Positions 1 to 9,841 of a stretch of DNA of 64,000 nucleotides are shown here, piece by piece; within the stretch, counting starts at the first letter, position 1; the number at the start of each line of letters is the position of its first letter. Both the position numbers and the translations under genes were made by a program. The DNA is from Clostridia bacterium (GTDB taxonomy: Bacteria > Bacillota > Clostridia > Christensenellales > Aristaeellaceae), in contig JAFRPG010000100.1 in the NCBI GenBank assembly GCA_017429265.1, positions 14,645 to 78,644 on the forward strand, given 5' to 3'. The notes beneath the pieces are model-generated. The model did not search any database and was not told the origin of the DNA. It saw only the letters and a program-made list of their open reading frames with translations.

Positions 1-1
1 C

Positions 2-85
2 GAATACTACCGGATCTTTGCGGACGCCTACAGCCTCTACGACAACATGCCCTGGCTGTGCGGACGCTTTGCTGACAAAAACTGA
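2..85 (+). CDS. 3' end of an unidentified upstream gene (partial)
   Basis: Frame is open from the window edge to TGA at 83-85 (...YSLYDNMPWLCGRFADKN*). No motif recognised. Confidence 0.3.
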   Translation, partial: EYYRIFADAYSLYDNMPWLCGRFADKN

Positions 86-100
86 CAGGAGGATTGAACC

Positions 101-952
101 GTGACAGACCTGATCATTATCGGTGGAGGTCCCGCCGCCCTGAGCTGTGCGCTGACCGCGCGCCAGCGCAACCTCGATTGCCTCGTCGTCTGCGCGGACA
201 CGAACAGCGGATGGCTGGCCCGCGCGGAGTCCCTAGACAACTATCCGGGAATGCCGCACGTCTCCGGCCGTGAGCTGCTGCGCGTCTTCCGCGCACAGGC
301 GGAGGAGGCCGGTGCTTCCTTTATGAGCGGCGTCGCCCGCCAGATCCAGCCGATGGGCTCCGAATTCATGGTACTGGTCGGCAACGACGTTCTGGAGACA
401 AAGGCCGTGGTGCTCGCCATGGGCGCCGCCCGCCCCGCCCTGCTCCCCGGCGAGGAGGATCTGCTGGGCCGCGGCGTCAGCTGGTGCGGCACCTGCGACG
501 GCATGTTCTACCGCGGGAAGCGGGTCGCCGTCCTGTCCGCCTGGAACGGCGGCGCGGAGGAAGCCGAATTCCTGGCCGGACTCTGTGCCTCGGTCGATTA
601 CTACACCCTCAAGCCGCATGATGTGCCCGCGGATGAGCGGATCACGCAGCGCAGTGAAAAGGTCCGCGGCCTGGCTGCCGGAGAGAACCGTCAGATCACG
701 GTGGAGACAGCCGACGGAAGCGTCTCTTACGACGGCGTCTTCGTCTTCCGGCCCGCCGTCGCGCCCGACCGTCTGCTGCCCGGCCTCGCGCTGAACGGAG
801 GCTTCGTATCGGTGGACCGCCGGATGGCCACCTCCGTCCCGCTGGTCTATGCGTGCGGCGACTGCACCGGTCAGCCGCTCCAGGTCGCCAAGGCCGTCGG
901 CGAGGGCAACGTGGCCGCCATCTCCGCTTCGGAAGATCTGGCCCGTGGTTAA
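101..952 (+). CDS. thioredoxin-disulfide reductase-like FAD/NAD(P)H oxidoreductase
   Basis: GTG start 8 nt after AGGAGG. IIIGGGPAALS dinucleotide fold, redox CxxC in WCGTCDG (TrxB has CATCDG) and C-terminal ACGDC motif. At 283 aa it is slightly short for canonical TrxB. Confidence 0.75.
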   Translation: MTDLIIIGGGPAALSCALTARQRNLDCLVVCADTNSGWLARAESLDNYPGMPHVSGRELLRVFRAQAEEAGASFMSGVARQIQPMGSEFMVLVGNDVLETKAVVLAMGAARPALLPGEEDLLGRGVSWCGTCDGMFYRGKRVAVLSAWNGGAEEAEFLAGLCASVDYYTLKPHDVPADERITQRSEKVRGLAAGENRQITVETADGSVSYDGVFVFRPAVAPDRLLPGLALNGGFVSVDRRMATSVPLVYACGDCTGQPLQVAKAVGEGNVAAISASEDLARG

Positions 953-1072
953 GCCGCTCTGCATCCTGCCGGCCGCGCCCGCCGGATCCGCGCCGGTACG
1001 CACGGCCTGTACGACGGCAGGCCGCGGCTGATCGCACGCCGCGTCTATACCAACTGACTGGAGGGCTCTCCC

Positions 1073-1834
1073 ATGCGCAGACTGTCCCTGCTCCTCGTTC
1101 TCTCGCTGCTCCTGTCCTCCGCCGCCCTGGCCGACCCGCTCGTGCAGCTGCCCGATCTCACCGGCGCGGCATACTGGCCCGAGGGCACGGATGAGACCAC
1201 GGCGGCGTACGTCTACCGCTACACCTATCCCCAGGTGGAGGGCGACGGACAGACGGAGACCACGATCAACGTCTACTACAGCAACGAGGTCGACTACGCC
1301 CTCGCCTTCGACGTCCCGATCCGCGGCGAGGAGCTCCGGATCCCGGGCCTGCAGTCCTCCACCGACATCCGCTACCAAATCATGGTCAACGACGACATGT
1401 TCTTCACCGTCCTCGTCGTCGCTGACTCCGTGATGGACGGCGAGCGCCATGTCAAAGTCAGCGCGCAGAACTTCAGCCGCGACACCGAGAAGCCCGGCAA
1501 CGTGATGACCCTCGCCTACCTCCTCGACATCCTTGAGGACAGCGAGGAAAACGACTGGCTGCGCAGCCGCCAGACCAACCGGGCCAGCACGGTCGCGCGC
1601 GACCTGGTCTGGGCGCAGATCGAGGAGCGGCGCGAAGAGGGCGAAGTCTTCCCGGAGGACTGGGACCGCGAGATGCTCGACTATGAGTTCTTCCCGGAGG
1701 AGGACTTCTACTGCGACGTGGAGGAAGGCCTCCTGGTCTTCTTCTTCCAGCCCTACCTGAACGGACCGGACATGGAGCCTGACAGCTACTATACCTTTCC
1801 TCTCGATATCGAGGACATTCTCGACGAGATGTGA
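1073..1834 (+). CDS. secreted acidic protein, function unknown
   Basis: Signal peptide MRRLSLLLVLSLLLSSAALA. Weak resemblance to DUF4163/DUF3298-type proteins (YRYTYPQV...INVYY). Very acidic C-terminus. Confidence 0.6.
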   Translation: MRRLSLLLVLSLLLSSAALADPLVQLPDLTGAAYWPEGTDETTAAYVYRYTYPQVEGDGQTETTINVYYSNEVDYALAFDVPIRGEELRIPGLQSSTDIRYQIMVNDDMFFTVLVVADSVMDGERHVKVSAQNFSRDTEKPGNVMTLAYLLDILEDSEENDWLRSRQTNRASTVARDLVWAQIEERREEGEVFPEDWDREMLDYEFFPEEDFYCDVEEGLLVFFFQPYLNGPDMEPDSYYTFPLDIEDILDEM

Positions 1835-1872
1835 GAGGTACAGCGAAAATACACGATCTGCCGTCGGGTTCC

Positions 1873-1900
1873 TTGACATTCGCGATGGGCGGATTATAAT
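1873..1900 (+). promoter_or_regulatory. sigma-70-type promoter upstream of ilvE
   Basis: TTGACA (1873-1878), 16-nt spacer, TATAAT (1895-1900), about 35 nt before the ilvE start. Confidence 0.5.
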
Positions 1901-1935
1901 GAAGGAAACCTGATTAAGAACTGGAGGGATCCCCA

Positions 1936-3006
1936 ATGCTTCCGATCAGCATCACCCGGTCCGAGACACTCAAGCAGAAACCCACCGATGAGAGCAAGCT
2001 GGGCTTTGGCCGTATTTTTACCGATCATATGTTCCTGATGGACTATGAGCTGGGCCGCGGCTGGCACGATGCCCGCATCGTTCCATATGCGAACTTCTCC
2101 CTCGACCCCGCCACCACCGTTTTCCACTACGGCCAGGCGATCTTTGAGGGCACCAAGTGCTACCGCCGCGCCGACGGCGGCCTGCAGCTGTTCCGGCCGC
2201 AGGACAACCTCGCCCGCATGTCCCGCAGCGCCGCGCGCATGGGCATGCCGGAACTCGATGAAGAGACGGCCCTCGAAGGCCTGCGCAAGCTGGTCGAGCT
2301 CGACCAGGACTGGGTCCCCCATCAGGACGGCACCAGCCTCTACATCCGTCCGACCATGATCGCCACGGACGTCATGCTCGGCGTGCACGCGGCTCACCAC
2401 TACCTCTTCTACATCATCCTGGACCCCGTCGGCTCCTACTACAAGGACGGCCTGAAGCCGGTCGGCATCTATGTGGAGGACGAGTATGTGCGCGCCGTCC
2501 GCGGCGGCACCGGCTTCACCAAGTGCGCAGGCAACTATGCCGCGTCGATCCTCGCGGGTGCCATCGCCGAGCAGAAGGGCTTCTCCCAGGTGCTCTGGCT
2601 CGACGGCGTGGAGCAGAAGTACGTCGAGGAAGTCGGCTCGATGAACATGATGTTCGCCTACGGCAACAAGATCGTCACCCCCGCCCTCAACGGCTCGATC
2701 CTGCCCGGCATCACCCGCCAGAGCGTCCTGACCCTGGCCGGACAGCTCGGCTATGAAACCGTCGAAACCAAGCTGGCCATCGCCGACGTCTTCGCCGACG
2801 TGAAGAGCGGCAAGCTGACCGAGGCCTTCGGCACCGGCACCGCGGCCGTCATCTCCCCCGTGGGCGAGCTGTGCTGGAAGGGCGAGAACCTCGTCATCGG
2901 CGACGGCAAGATCGGCCCGGTGGCTCAGAAGCTCTATGACACCCTGACCGGCATCCAGTACGGCCGCGTCGAGGACAAGAATCATTGGGTCCTCAAACTG
3001 ACCTGA
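1936..3006 (+). CDS. ilvE: branched-chain amino acid aminotransferase
   Basis: 356 aa. FGRIFTDHMF...FHYGQAIFEGTKCYR and the rest match class IV BCAT throughout. Confidence 0.9.
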   Translation: MLPISITRSETLKQKPTDESKLGFGRIFTDHMFLMDYELGRGWHDARIVPYANFSLDPATTVFHYGQAIFEGTKCYRRADGGLQLFRPQDNLARMSRSAARMGMPELDEETALEGLRKLVELDQDWVPHQDGTSLYIRPTMIATDVMLGVHAAHHYLFYIILDPVGSYYKDGLKPVGIYVEDEYVRAVRGGTGFTKCAGNYAASILAGAIAEQKGFSQVLWLDGVEQKYVEEVGSMNMMFAYGNKIVTPALNGSILPGITRQSVLTLAGQLGYETVETKLAIADVFADVKSGKLTEAFGTGTAAVISPVGELCWKGENLVIGDGKIGPVAQKLYDTLTGIQYGRVEDKNHWVLKLT

Positions 3007-3036
3007 CCGCCCTGATCCGGCGGGTCTGGAGGTATC

Positions 3037-4074
3037 ATGCTCAGAGAATTCCACACTCCTTCCCTCTCCTGGCCGGATAAAACCATGTCTGTCATCCAGC
3101 AGCGCCAGCTTGAAGCCTGCGAAATGCGGCTGCGGCGTCTGCCTTCCTTTGGCCTGTTCAACGGCTGCACCGAGGAGAATGTCGACCAGCTCCGGCGCAT
3201 CTCCTATGACGCCCGCGAGCATCTGAATCCGCCCGGGCTGATGCACGTTGCGGACCTGACCCTGACGGTGATGCGCCGCCTGCCCGCCGAAGCACTGCTT
3301 CTCACGATGCCCGAATTCGAGCTTGTCCAGCAGCTGCTGAACGACCGCGACGGTCTCCGCCTCACCGAGTGGCATGAGACCGCCCCGGCGGAAAGCCTCG
3401 TACGCCGCCTGTGGTGCTCCGTGCAGACCGGGGAGGGCGGCGACAGCGTTTCCCTCCGCATGGAACCGCAGTTCCGCCTGGCCCTTATGCGCCTGATGGG
3501 GACGGACGAGTACCGGCAGCTCCGCATACGCATCACGCAGCTGAACATCGCCGTGATCTGCGCGCTGAACGTGTACGGCATCCTTTACGCCGACGATGTC
3601 TTCGACAGTCTCGGGGACCTGCTCCTCGGCTTTGATATCAGCCTCGCGGAGAGGATGCTCAAGATCGCTTTCGACTATTGCCTCGGCCGCGACGGCAAGA
3701 TGGTGCTCCTGCACCCCGCCCTGGCCGATCCTGAGAAGGCGATGCAGGGCCTCTTCCATGTGGATCTGCGCCCGTACGCCGAGGTCGATCCCGCCGAGCC
3801 CGCGCCGCAGATGCTGCTCTCCGACACGGAGCATCAGGCGATGCACCGCCTCTGCGCCCTGATCGAGGGCTCGCTCCGCCCCGACTACTCCGCCTATTAC
3901 TGCGTGGAGGACCTGCGCTTCCTGGCCAAGCAGTCCGTCAGCTTTGACACGCTTGCCGAGGTGCTGGCCGCTCAGCTGGCCGTACGCCCGACCGACGATA
4001 TGCTCGACGGCCTGCGCCAGCTGCAGGTGAGCGCGCCCGGCTTTGTCTGCATGCTCTCGAGAAAGGTTCACTGA
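3037..4074 (+). CDS. hypothetical protein
   Basis: 345-aa ORF, co-directional and tightly packed between ilvE and the rluA-family gene. No motif recognised. Confidence 0.55.
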   Translation: MLREFHTPSLSWPDKTMSVIQQRQLEACEMRLRRLPSFGLFNGCTEENVDQLRRISYDAREHLNPPGLMHVADLTLTVMRRLPAEALLLTMPEFELVQQLLNDRDGLRLTEWHETAPAESLVRRLWCSVQTGEGGDSVSLRMEPQFRLALMRLMGTDEYRQLRIRITQLNIAVICALNVYGILYADDVFDSLGDLLLGFDISLAERMLKIAFDYCLGRDGKMVLLHPALADPEKAMQGLFHVDLRPYAEVDPAEPAPQMLLSDTEHQAMHRLCALIEGSLRPDYSAYYCVEDLRFLAKQSVSFDTLAEVLAAQLAVRPTDDMLDGLRQLQVSAPGFVCMLSRKVH

Positions 4075-4076
4075 TC

Positions 4077-4931
4077 ATGGCGCTCCATCAATTCACAGTC
4101 TCCGCCTCCGATGACGGCAGGCGGCTGGACGATCTGGTGAAAAGGCAGCTGCCGCAACTGACCCCGCAGGAGATCCGCGGGGTTTTTGCGCACCGGGATG
4201 TCAAGCTCGACGGCAGGCGGTCCCCGGCGGACACCCGCGCTGCGGCCGGGCAGACCGTTCAGGTCTACTATGTCGAGCCCGAGACCCCGCTGATCGAGGT
4301 TGTCTACCGTGACGGCGACGTCCTGGTCGTCAACAAGAGCGCCGGTGTCTCCGTCGATGAGGGCGGCCTCATCGCGCTGGCGCACCGGGAGCTGCTCCGG
4401 ACAGACCCGGATGCCCCGCCGCCTCTCCCCTGCCACCGTCTCGACAACCAGACCTGCGGCCTCGTGCTGTTCGCCCTGAACGCGCGCGCCTCCGAGATCC
4501 TGCGCAGAGCCTTTCGCGAGCGCACTCTCGACAAGCGCTACGTCTGCCTCGTCCGAGGTCAGCCGAAGCCGCCTTCCGCCGTCTGCACCGCGTGGCTGGT
4601 CAAGGATGCGGAGGCCGGCCAGGTGCGTGTGCTCGACCGGGAAGTCCCCGGGAGCAGGAAGATCGTCACCGGCTATGAGACGCTGGAAGCCGGGCCCGTG
4701 AGCCGCCTGCGGGTGCACCTGATCACCGGACGCACGCACCAGATCCGCGCACATATGGCCTCCCTCGGCCATCCGCTGCTGGGCGACGACCTGTACGGCG
4801 ACCGCGCGCTGAACCGCTCCCTCCGCGTGCAGGGCAAGCTGCGCCTGTGTGCCCAGTCCCTGACGCTTGAAACCGGCGGCGCGCTGCCCGCGCTCGACGG
4901 CAGGCACTTCGAGGTGCGCTGCCCCTTCTGA
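4077..4931 (+). CDS. RluA-family pseudouridine synthase (S4-like N-terminus)
   Basis: Catalytic HRLDNQTCGLVLFA motif and HQIRAHMASLGHPLLGDDLYG. Confidence 0.85.
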   Translation: MALHQFTVSASDDGRRLDDLVKRQLPQLTPQEIRGVFAHRDVKLDGRRSPADTRAAAGQTVQVYYVEPETPLIEVVYRDGDVLVVNKSAGVSVDEGGLIALAHRELLRTDPDAPPPLPCHRLDNQTCGLVLFALNARASEILRRAFRERTLDKRYVCLVRGQPKPPSAVCTAWLVKDAEAGQVRVLDREVPGSRKIVTGYETLEAGPVSRLRVHLITGRTHQIRAHMASLGHPLLGDDLYGDRALNRSLRVQGKLRLCAQSLTLETGGALPALDGRHFEVRCPF

Positions 4932-4954
4932 CCCGAACGGAGAAAGGTGATCGC

Positions 4955-5734
4955 ATGAAGTACCATATCGATACGATCCCGGTCTGGGACGCCGTAAAGC
5001 AGGACTGCGAGTGTTTCCTGTGTGCCCTTGAGACCCGAACCGAGCAGCAGGAGGCGGAACGCTTCCTCGGCGCATCGGTGATGGAGCCGGACATCCGTAT
5101 TCAGGTCAACCGGCAGGGCTTCTGCCGCAATCACCACCGGATGCTGTTCGGCATGGGGAACCGCCTCGGTCACGCGCTGATGCTCGAATCGCACACGGCC
5201 GAGAGCATCCGCACGGTCTCCGCCTGCCTCAACGACATCAAAAAAGCCGCCGGAGCGGCGTCGGGATCGATCCTGTCCAAATACGGGCGGTCGGGTCAGG
5301 CGGTGAAAAAGAGCTACGAGGAGGCTGTCGGAAGGCTTGCGGACGCGGCCGGCGGCTGCATCCTCTGCGAGGCGGTCCACACTTACATGCAGCGCTGCTG
5401 TGAGACCGTCCTGCTCCTCTGGGAGAACGACAGCGAGTTCCGCCGGCAGTTTTCCGGGACGAAGGGCCTCTGCCTCTGCCATCTGGCCGATCTGCTGCGC
5501 CTCGCCCCGCAGGTGCTTTCCTCCAGGCTGGTCCCCGAGTTTGCGGACGCCGTGGAAAAGCTTGAAAAGCCGAACCTTGACCGCATCCAGGAGGACATCA
5601 GCTGGTTCATCAAGAAGTTCGACTACCGCTACGAAGCGGAGCCCTGGAAAAACAGCCAGAACGCCGTCCAGCGCACCTGCAACAAGCTGCGCGGGGCCTG
5701 TCTCCCGGAGGATCAGGCTTCCTCGGGCAGATAG
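4955..5734 (+). CDS. Cys-rich hypothetical protein (DUF6062-like)
   Basis: 259 aa with CECFLC, CILCEAV and CLCHLADL motifs. Family assignment is from memory only. Confidence 0.55.
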   Translation: MKYHIDTIPVWDAVKQDCECFLCALETRTEQQEAERFLGASVMEPDIRIQVNRQGFCRNHHRMLFGMGNRLGHALMLESHTAESIRTVSACLNDIKKAAGAASGSILSKYGRSGQAVKKSYEEAVGRLADAAGGCILCEAVHTYMQRCCETVLLLWENDSEFRRQFSGTKGLCLCHLADLLRLAPQVLSSRLVPEFADAVEKLEKPNLDRIQEDISWFIKKFDYRYEAEPWKNSQNAVQRTCNKLRGACLPEDQASSGR

Positions 5735-6171
5735 CGCTCCAGCGTCACCCCGGCCTCCTCAAACAGCGCGAGGGAGAAGTCGTCCGGATAGCCGTCGCGG
5801 TAGATCACGCGGCGGATCCCGGCGTTGATGATCATCTTCGCACAGACGCTGCAGGGCTGGTGCGTGCAGTACAGGGTGGCTCCGTCGATGGAGACGCCCA
5901 GCTTGGCTGCCTGGATGATCGCGTTCTGCTCCGCGTGGGTGGCGTAGCAAACCTCCGCACGGGTGCCGGAGGGGATCCCCAGCTTGTCGCGCAGGCACTC
6001 TTTCCGGTCCCGGCAGGTCCGGATCCCGGCGGGCGCCCCGTTGTAGCCTGTGGTCATGATGCGCTTGTCCTTGACGATCACGCAGCCGATCGCGCGTCCG
6101 GCGCGATAGCAGCTGCTCCATCCGGATACAAGCTGTGCCATCTCCATGAAGCGGGCATCCCATTTGTTCAT
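5713..6171 (-). CDS. comEB: dCMP (deoxycytidylate) deaminase, ComEB type
   Basis: HAEQNAI...THQPCSVCAKMIINAGI zinc-deaminase motifs. Start moved to MNKWDARF (ATG 6171, GGAG 8 nt upstream) from the longer track ORF. Confidence 0.85.
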   Translation of the reverse strand: MNKWDARFMEMAQLVSGWSSCYRAGRAIGCVIVKDKRIMTTGYNGAPAGIRTCRDRKECLRDKLGIPSGTRAEVCYATHAEQNAIIQAAKLGVSIDGATLYCTHQPCSVCAKMIINAGIRRVIYRDGYPDDFSLALFEEAGVTLERYLPEEA

Positions 6172-6250
6172 GCTCACATCTCCTGTCTCTCCGGTCGGGA
6201 GGTGTTTTTCTGTGCTCACCCTGTGCCCTGTCTGTCCGATGAAAACCATC

Positions 6251-7003
6251 TCACTCGATGACCAGCTCCACCGGGCAGTGGTCGCTGCCGAAGATCTCGT
6301 TGTGGATGGCGGCGCTCTTCAGCCGCGGCGTCAGCGAGGCCGACGTCACGAAATAGTCGATCCGCCACCCCGCGTTATTGTCCCTGGCGTGGAAGCGGTA
6401 GCTCCACCAGCTGTAGATATTGGCCATGTCCGGATAGAAGTAGCGGAACGTATCCACGAATCCGGCGTCCAGCAGAGCGCTGAACTTGCCGCGCTCCTGA
6501 TCGGTAAACCCGGCGTTCATGTGGTTGGAGGACGGATTCTTCAGGTCGATCTCCCTGTGCGCGACGTTCAGGTCGCCGCAGAAAACCACCGGCTTATCCC
6601 GCTCCAGACTCTTCAGATAGGCGAGGAAGGCGTCTTCCCAGGCCATCCGCCAGTCGAGACGCTTCAGTCCGTCCTGGGAATTGGGCGTGTAGACCGTCAC
6701 GAACCAGAAATCCCCGAGGTCAAGGCTGATCACCCGGCCCTCGTGATCGAACTCGTCCACGCCGATGCCGTAGCGCACTTCCTTCGGCTCGATCCGCGTG
6801 AAAACCGCCGTACCGGAGTACCCCTTCTTCTCGGCCGCGTTCCAGTACTGCCGGTAGCCCGGGAGGTCCAGCGTGACCTGTCCGGCCTGGCACTTGGTCT
6901 CCTGCAGACAGAAGACATCGGCGTCGAGGGCGGCGAAGCTCTCGTAAAAGCCCTTGCCCAGCACCGCACGGATGCCGTTGACATTCCAGGATATGAGCTT
7001 CAT
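6251..7003 (-). CDS. xth: exodeoxyribonuclease III
   Basis: MKLISWNVNGIRA...GSDHCPVELVI. Full-length EEP-family ExoIII pattern. Confidence 0.9.
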   Translation of the reverse strand: MKLISWNVNGIRAVLGKGFYESFAALDADVFCLQETKCQAGQVTLDLPGYRQYWNAAEKKGYSGTAVFTRIEPKEVRYGIGVDEFDHEGRVISLDLGDFWFVTVYTPNSQDGLKRLDWRMAWEDAFLAYLKSLERDKPVVFCGDLNVAHREIDLKNPSSNHMNAGFTDQERGKFSALLDAGFVDTFRYFYPDMANIYSWWSYRFHARDNNAGWRIDYFVTSASLTPRLKSAAIHNEIFGSDHCPVELVIE

Positions 7004-7015
7004 CGCACCCTCCCG

Positions 7016-8971
7016 TTATCGCGTCTCCGGCCGCTTCCGCGTGCCGAAGTAGATGATCTGCTGCTTGGCCGGATAGATATCCGTCTCGAGCTCGGTGCGC
7101 TCGACTTCCTTCTTGTTCACATACTTGACGAGCCAGCGGTGCACCTCGGTGCCGTTTTCGGCCTTCTGGGTCTCGTACTGCTCGTCCTCGTACATGACAT
7201 ACTTCGCGTTCCGGTCGCCGACCATCTTCGGCTCCTCGGGCGCGGGAATGACGACCTCCTCGGTTTCGAGATCGTAGGTGACGCCCTCGCCGAGGGTCTC
7301 GCCGTAGATCCAGACGTTGCAGACCAGGTTTTTCTTGTTCTTCTCGTCGCTCTGGACAGCCGCCTTGATGTAGATCGGGGAGTCTGTCGTGTTCGTGAAG
7401 ATGAAGTCGATCTTCTGGCCGCCGCGGCCCTCGAACCAGTAGACGGTCGCGTCCTTGCCATAGGGCGTGTAGTTGACGGCCAGGGAGTGCGGCGTGCGCT
7501 TGTCGATGCGCATGTTCGCCCGGACCGCCGCCTGATAGATCGTGGTGCAGGCCTGGCAGACGCCGCCGCCGATGCCCGGCACATGCTCGCCGTAGACATA
7601 CTCCTCCGCCGGGAAGAATCCGTTCTCGAGCGTGCGCTTTCCGACGATCTTGTTGAAGTCAAAGGACTTGCCCGGCTGGATCACCGAGCCGGAGATCAGC
7701 TCAAAGGCTCGGCGGATGTTGTTGTTCCGGTCGTCCGTGCTCTTCGTGGGCGAGATCGGAGTGGAGGAAAAGCCTCTCAGCGTATAGCGCTCCGCCTTCA
7801 GGGAGGCGACGGTCACGGGCGGCTCGATGTCGCTGGGGATCAGGTCGATCGTTCCGCTGATGCCGTCCCGCGCCATCTGCAGGGCCTGCTCCCGGATCGC
7901 GTCGATGTTGAGCGCGCGCCCGAGGACCTCCTTGCGGAAGATCAGCGGATCCGTGCGGTTGGGGTCGAAGCCCAGGAACTCCGCGTCGGCTGGCGCGATG
8001 TACAGGCTGTCGGCCAGTGTCTTGAGGCTCGCCTCGAGCGTGCCGCCGGTCCCGCTGTCGCTCACCGTGGAGCCGTGGTAGGCTGTCTCCTTCAGTTTCT
8101 CCATCGCCTGCCAGCGCTGTTCGGTGTCACCCTCATGGCCCTGCTGCCACGCCTGTTCCAGCGCACCGTTCACGTCCACGATGACGCCGAGGTCGGCCTC
8201 GGTCAGCGTGGCGTACAGCTCGCCTTCCCACATCAACCTGGCGGTCCAGGTGTTGTTGACCTCCGCGGCTTCTGCGACCAGCGCATGCGCCTCGGTCTGC
8301 GTCTTGCCCCCCAGGTCGATGCTGTCCACATACACGCCGGGGCAATACTTGTCATTGTAGTAGGTGACCTGCGACTCGATGTAGGCCCTGCGCTCTTCCT
8401 CAGCCCGCTCCTGCTCCATCTGAGGCTTGATGACCGTGAACCAGAGGACGACCCCCAGGATCACCAGTGTCACGCTCACACCGGAGAGGATCGCGATCAG
8501 CATCTTTTTCAGCTGCCTGCCGTCCCCGGGCTGCCGGGGCTGCGGAGCGGGCTGTCCGCCGCGGTCTCCCCTGCTCTTTTTCGGTGCCTGGGGAACCTGT
8601 CCCTGGGGATAGAGCGGCGCGGCAGGCTGTGTTCCCGGGCGGAACTGATTCTGCCATCCGTAGACAGGCTGCGCGCCGGACACCCACGGCACGTCCGCGG
8701 CATTCTGTCCCTCGGGGATCCACGGCTGGGATCCGGTGACGGAGGTATAGGGATCGTACTGCGATACGGGCACCGCCTGGGACTGGCTCGCGGTCATCCG
8801 CTGTGCCTCCCCGAAGCGCGCGTTCCCGTGCGTAAGGTTGCCGGTGTTGTACCGCTCGGGCTCCGTGCCCGGCCTCATCGACGCTTCTTCGGCGGCAGCC
8901 TGACGTTCCGCCTGCCTGGACGCATCCGCCCGGCGCCTGCGCACATACTTCTCTTCGTTCTCTTCCGTCAT
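7016..8971 (-). CDS. VanW-domain membrane protein with Pro/Gln-rich cytoplasmic N-terminus
   Basis: One TM (LIAILSGVSVTLVILGVVLWF). VanW core GGGVCQACTTIYQAAVRANMRIDKR. G5-like C-terminus. Confidence 0.8.
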   Translation of the reverse strand: MTEENEEKYVRRRRADASRQAERQAAAEEASMRPGTEPERYNTGNLTHGNARFGEAQRMTASQSQAVPVSQYDPYTSVTGSQPWIPEGQNAADVPWVSGAQPVYGWQNQFRPGTQPAAPLYPQGQVPQAPKKSRGDRGGQPAPQPRQPGDGRQLKKMLIAILSGVSVTLVILGVVLWFTVIKPQMEQERAEEERRAYIESQVTYYNDKYCPGVYVDSIDLGGKTQTEAHALVAEAAEVNNTWTARLMWEGELYATLTEADLGVIVDVNGALEQAWQQGHEGDTEQRWQAMEKLKETAYHGSTVSDSGTGGTLEASLKTLADSLYIAPADAEFLGFDPNRTDPLIFRKEVLGRALNIDAIREQALQMARDGISGTIDLIPSDIEPPVTVASLKAERYTLRGFSSTPISPTKSTDDRNNNIRRAFELISGSVIQPGKSFDFNKIVGKRTLENGFFPAEEYVYGEHVPGIGGGVCQACTTIYQAAVRANMRIDKRTPHSLAVNYTPYGKDATVYWFEGRGGQKIDFIFTNTTDSPIYIKAAVQSDEKNKKNLVCNVWIYGETLGEGVTYDLETEEVVIPAPEEPKMVGDRNAKYVMYEDEQYETQKAENGTEVHRWLVKYVNKKEVERTELETDIYPAKQQIIYFGTRKRPETR

Positions 8972-9007
8972 GCTGCCACCTCCTTTCTTGTGGGATTCCG
9001 TTATTGC

Positions 9008-9841
9008 TCACTCCGTCACGGCGCGCAGCAGCGCCGCGACGTCCTCTTCCATCCGATGCCAGTGGCGGCACATGCCGCCGATCTCGCAGTGGGTATGCCT
9101 GTTGCCCGGGGTGTGGAAATCGCTCCCGCCGGTGACCAGCATGCCCAGAGAGCGCGCCATCCGGTCGAGGCCCTCGTACCCGCGCGTCTCCGCCGAGGGG
9201 TGATAGACCTCGATGCCGCGCAGCCCCTGCGCCTGCCAGCCCTTGACCAGAGCAAGAAGTGCGCTGTCGCAGCACTTCAACTCGTACGGGTGCGCCAGGA
9301 CGGGCACCCAGCCACAGCGCGCGGCCAGGTCGAGCGCCTCGCTCATGCTCATCCGCTCCCCCGCGTCATACGCGGGCCTGCCGTTCCCGATCCAGCGGTC
9401 GAAGGCCTCCTGCGTGGAGGACGCATAGCCCGCGGCGACCATGGCGCGCGCGATATGCATCCGCCCCACCGAACCTTCGGAGCCGGAGCGGAGCGTTTCC
9501 CGGTCGATCGGCATGCCGAAGGCCGCCAGTTTGTCAAGCATCCGCCGGGCACGGTCCTCCCGCCTATTTCTCAGTTCGAGCAGACGCTCCCGGAGCATGC
9601 CGGCCGGGCGCCTCCCATAGAGGAGCAGGTGCAGGCCGTCCATGTCGCGCAGGCTCAGCTCCGTCCCGGGAAGGACGTCGATGCCCGGTGCGGATTCGAT
9701 GAGCTCATCGCTGCCGCGCAGGACGTCGTGATCCGTCACGGCGATCAGGGTCAGGCCGTGACGCAGCGCCCGATCCGCTAGTTTTCCGGGACTCAGGGTG
9801 CCGTCGGACCGGCTGCTGTGCAGATGGAGATCAGCCTTCAT
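9008..9841 (-). CDS. PHP-domain metal-dependent phosphoesterase
   Basis: [14 protein letters not shown]...VTDHD...GGSDFH PHP motifs. Confidence 0.8.
   Translation of the reverse strand: MKADLHLHSSRSDGTLSPGKLADRALRHGLTLIAVTDHDVLRGSDELIESAPGIDVLPGTELSLRDMDGLHLLLYGRRPAGMLRERLLELRNRREDRARRMLDKLAAFGMPIDRETLRSGSEGSVGRMHIARAMVAAGYASSTQEAFDRWIGNGRPAYDAGERMSMSEALDLAARCGWVPVLAHPYELKCCDSALLALVKGWQAQGLRGIEVYHPSAETRGYEGLDRMARSLGMLVTGGSDFHTPGNRHTHCEIGGMCRHWHRMEEDVAALLRAVTE

Noticed and set aside
6146-9781. 1211-aa plus-strand ORF. Similar very long ORFs occur at 233-1936(-), 1894-4071(-), 9798-11918(+), 13615-16869(+), 23168-25399(+), 25626-27554(+), 34246-35349(-), 37190-38821(-), 42303-44084(+), 49668-51338(-) and 51968-54997(-).
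   Set aside because: Each lies entirely antisense to genes with clear family signatures (xth, VanW, PHP, ftsH, mgtE, GH1 and others). Their translations are Arg/Gly/Ala/Pro/His-rich with no motifs. These are typical shadow ORFs of high-GC DNA.
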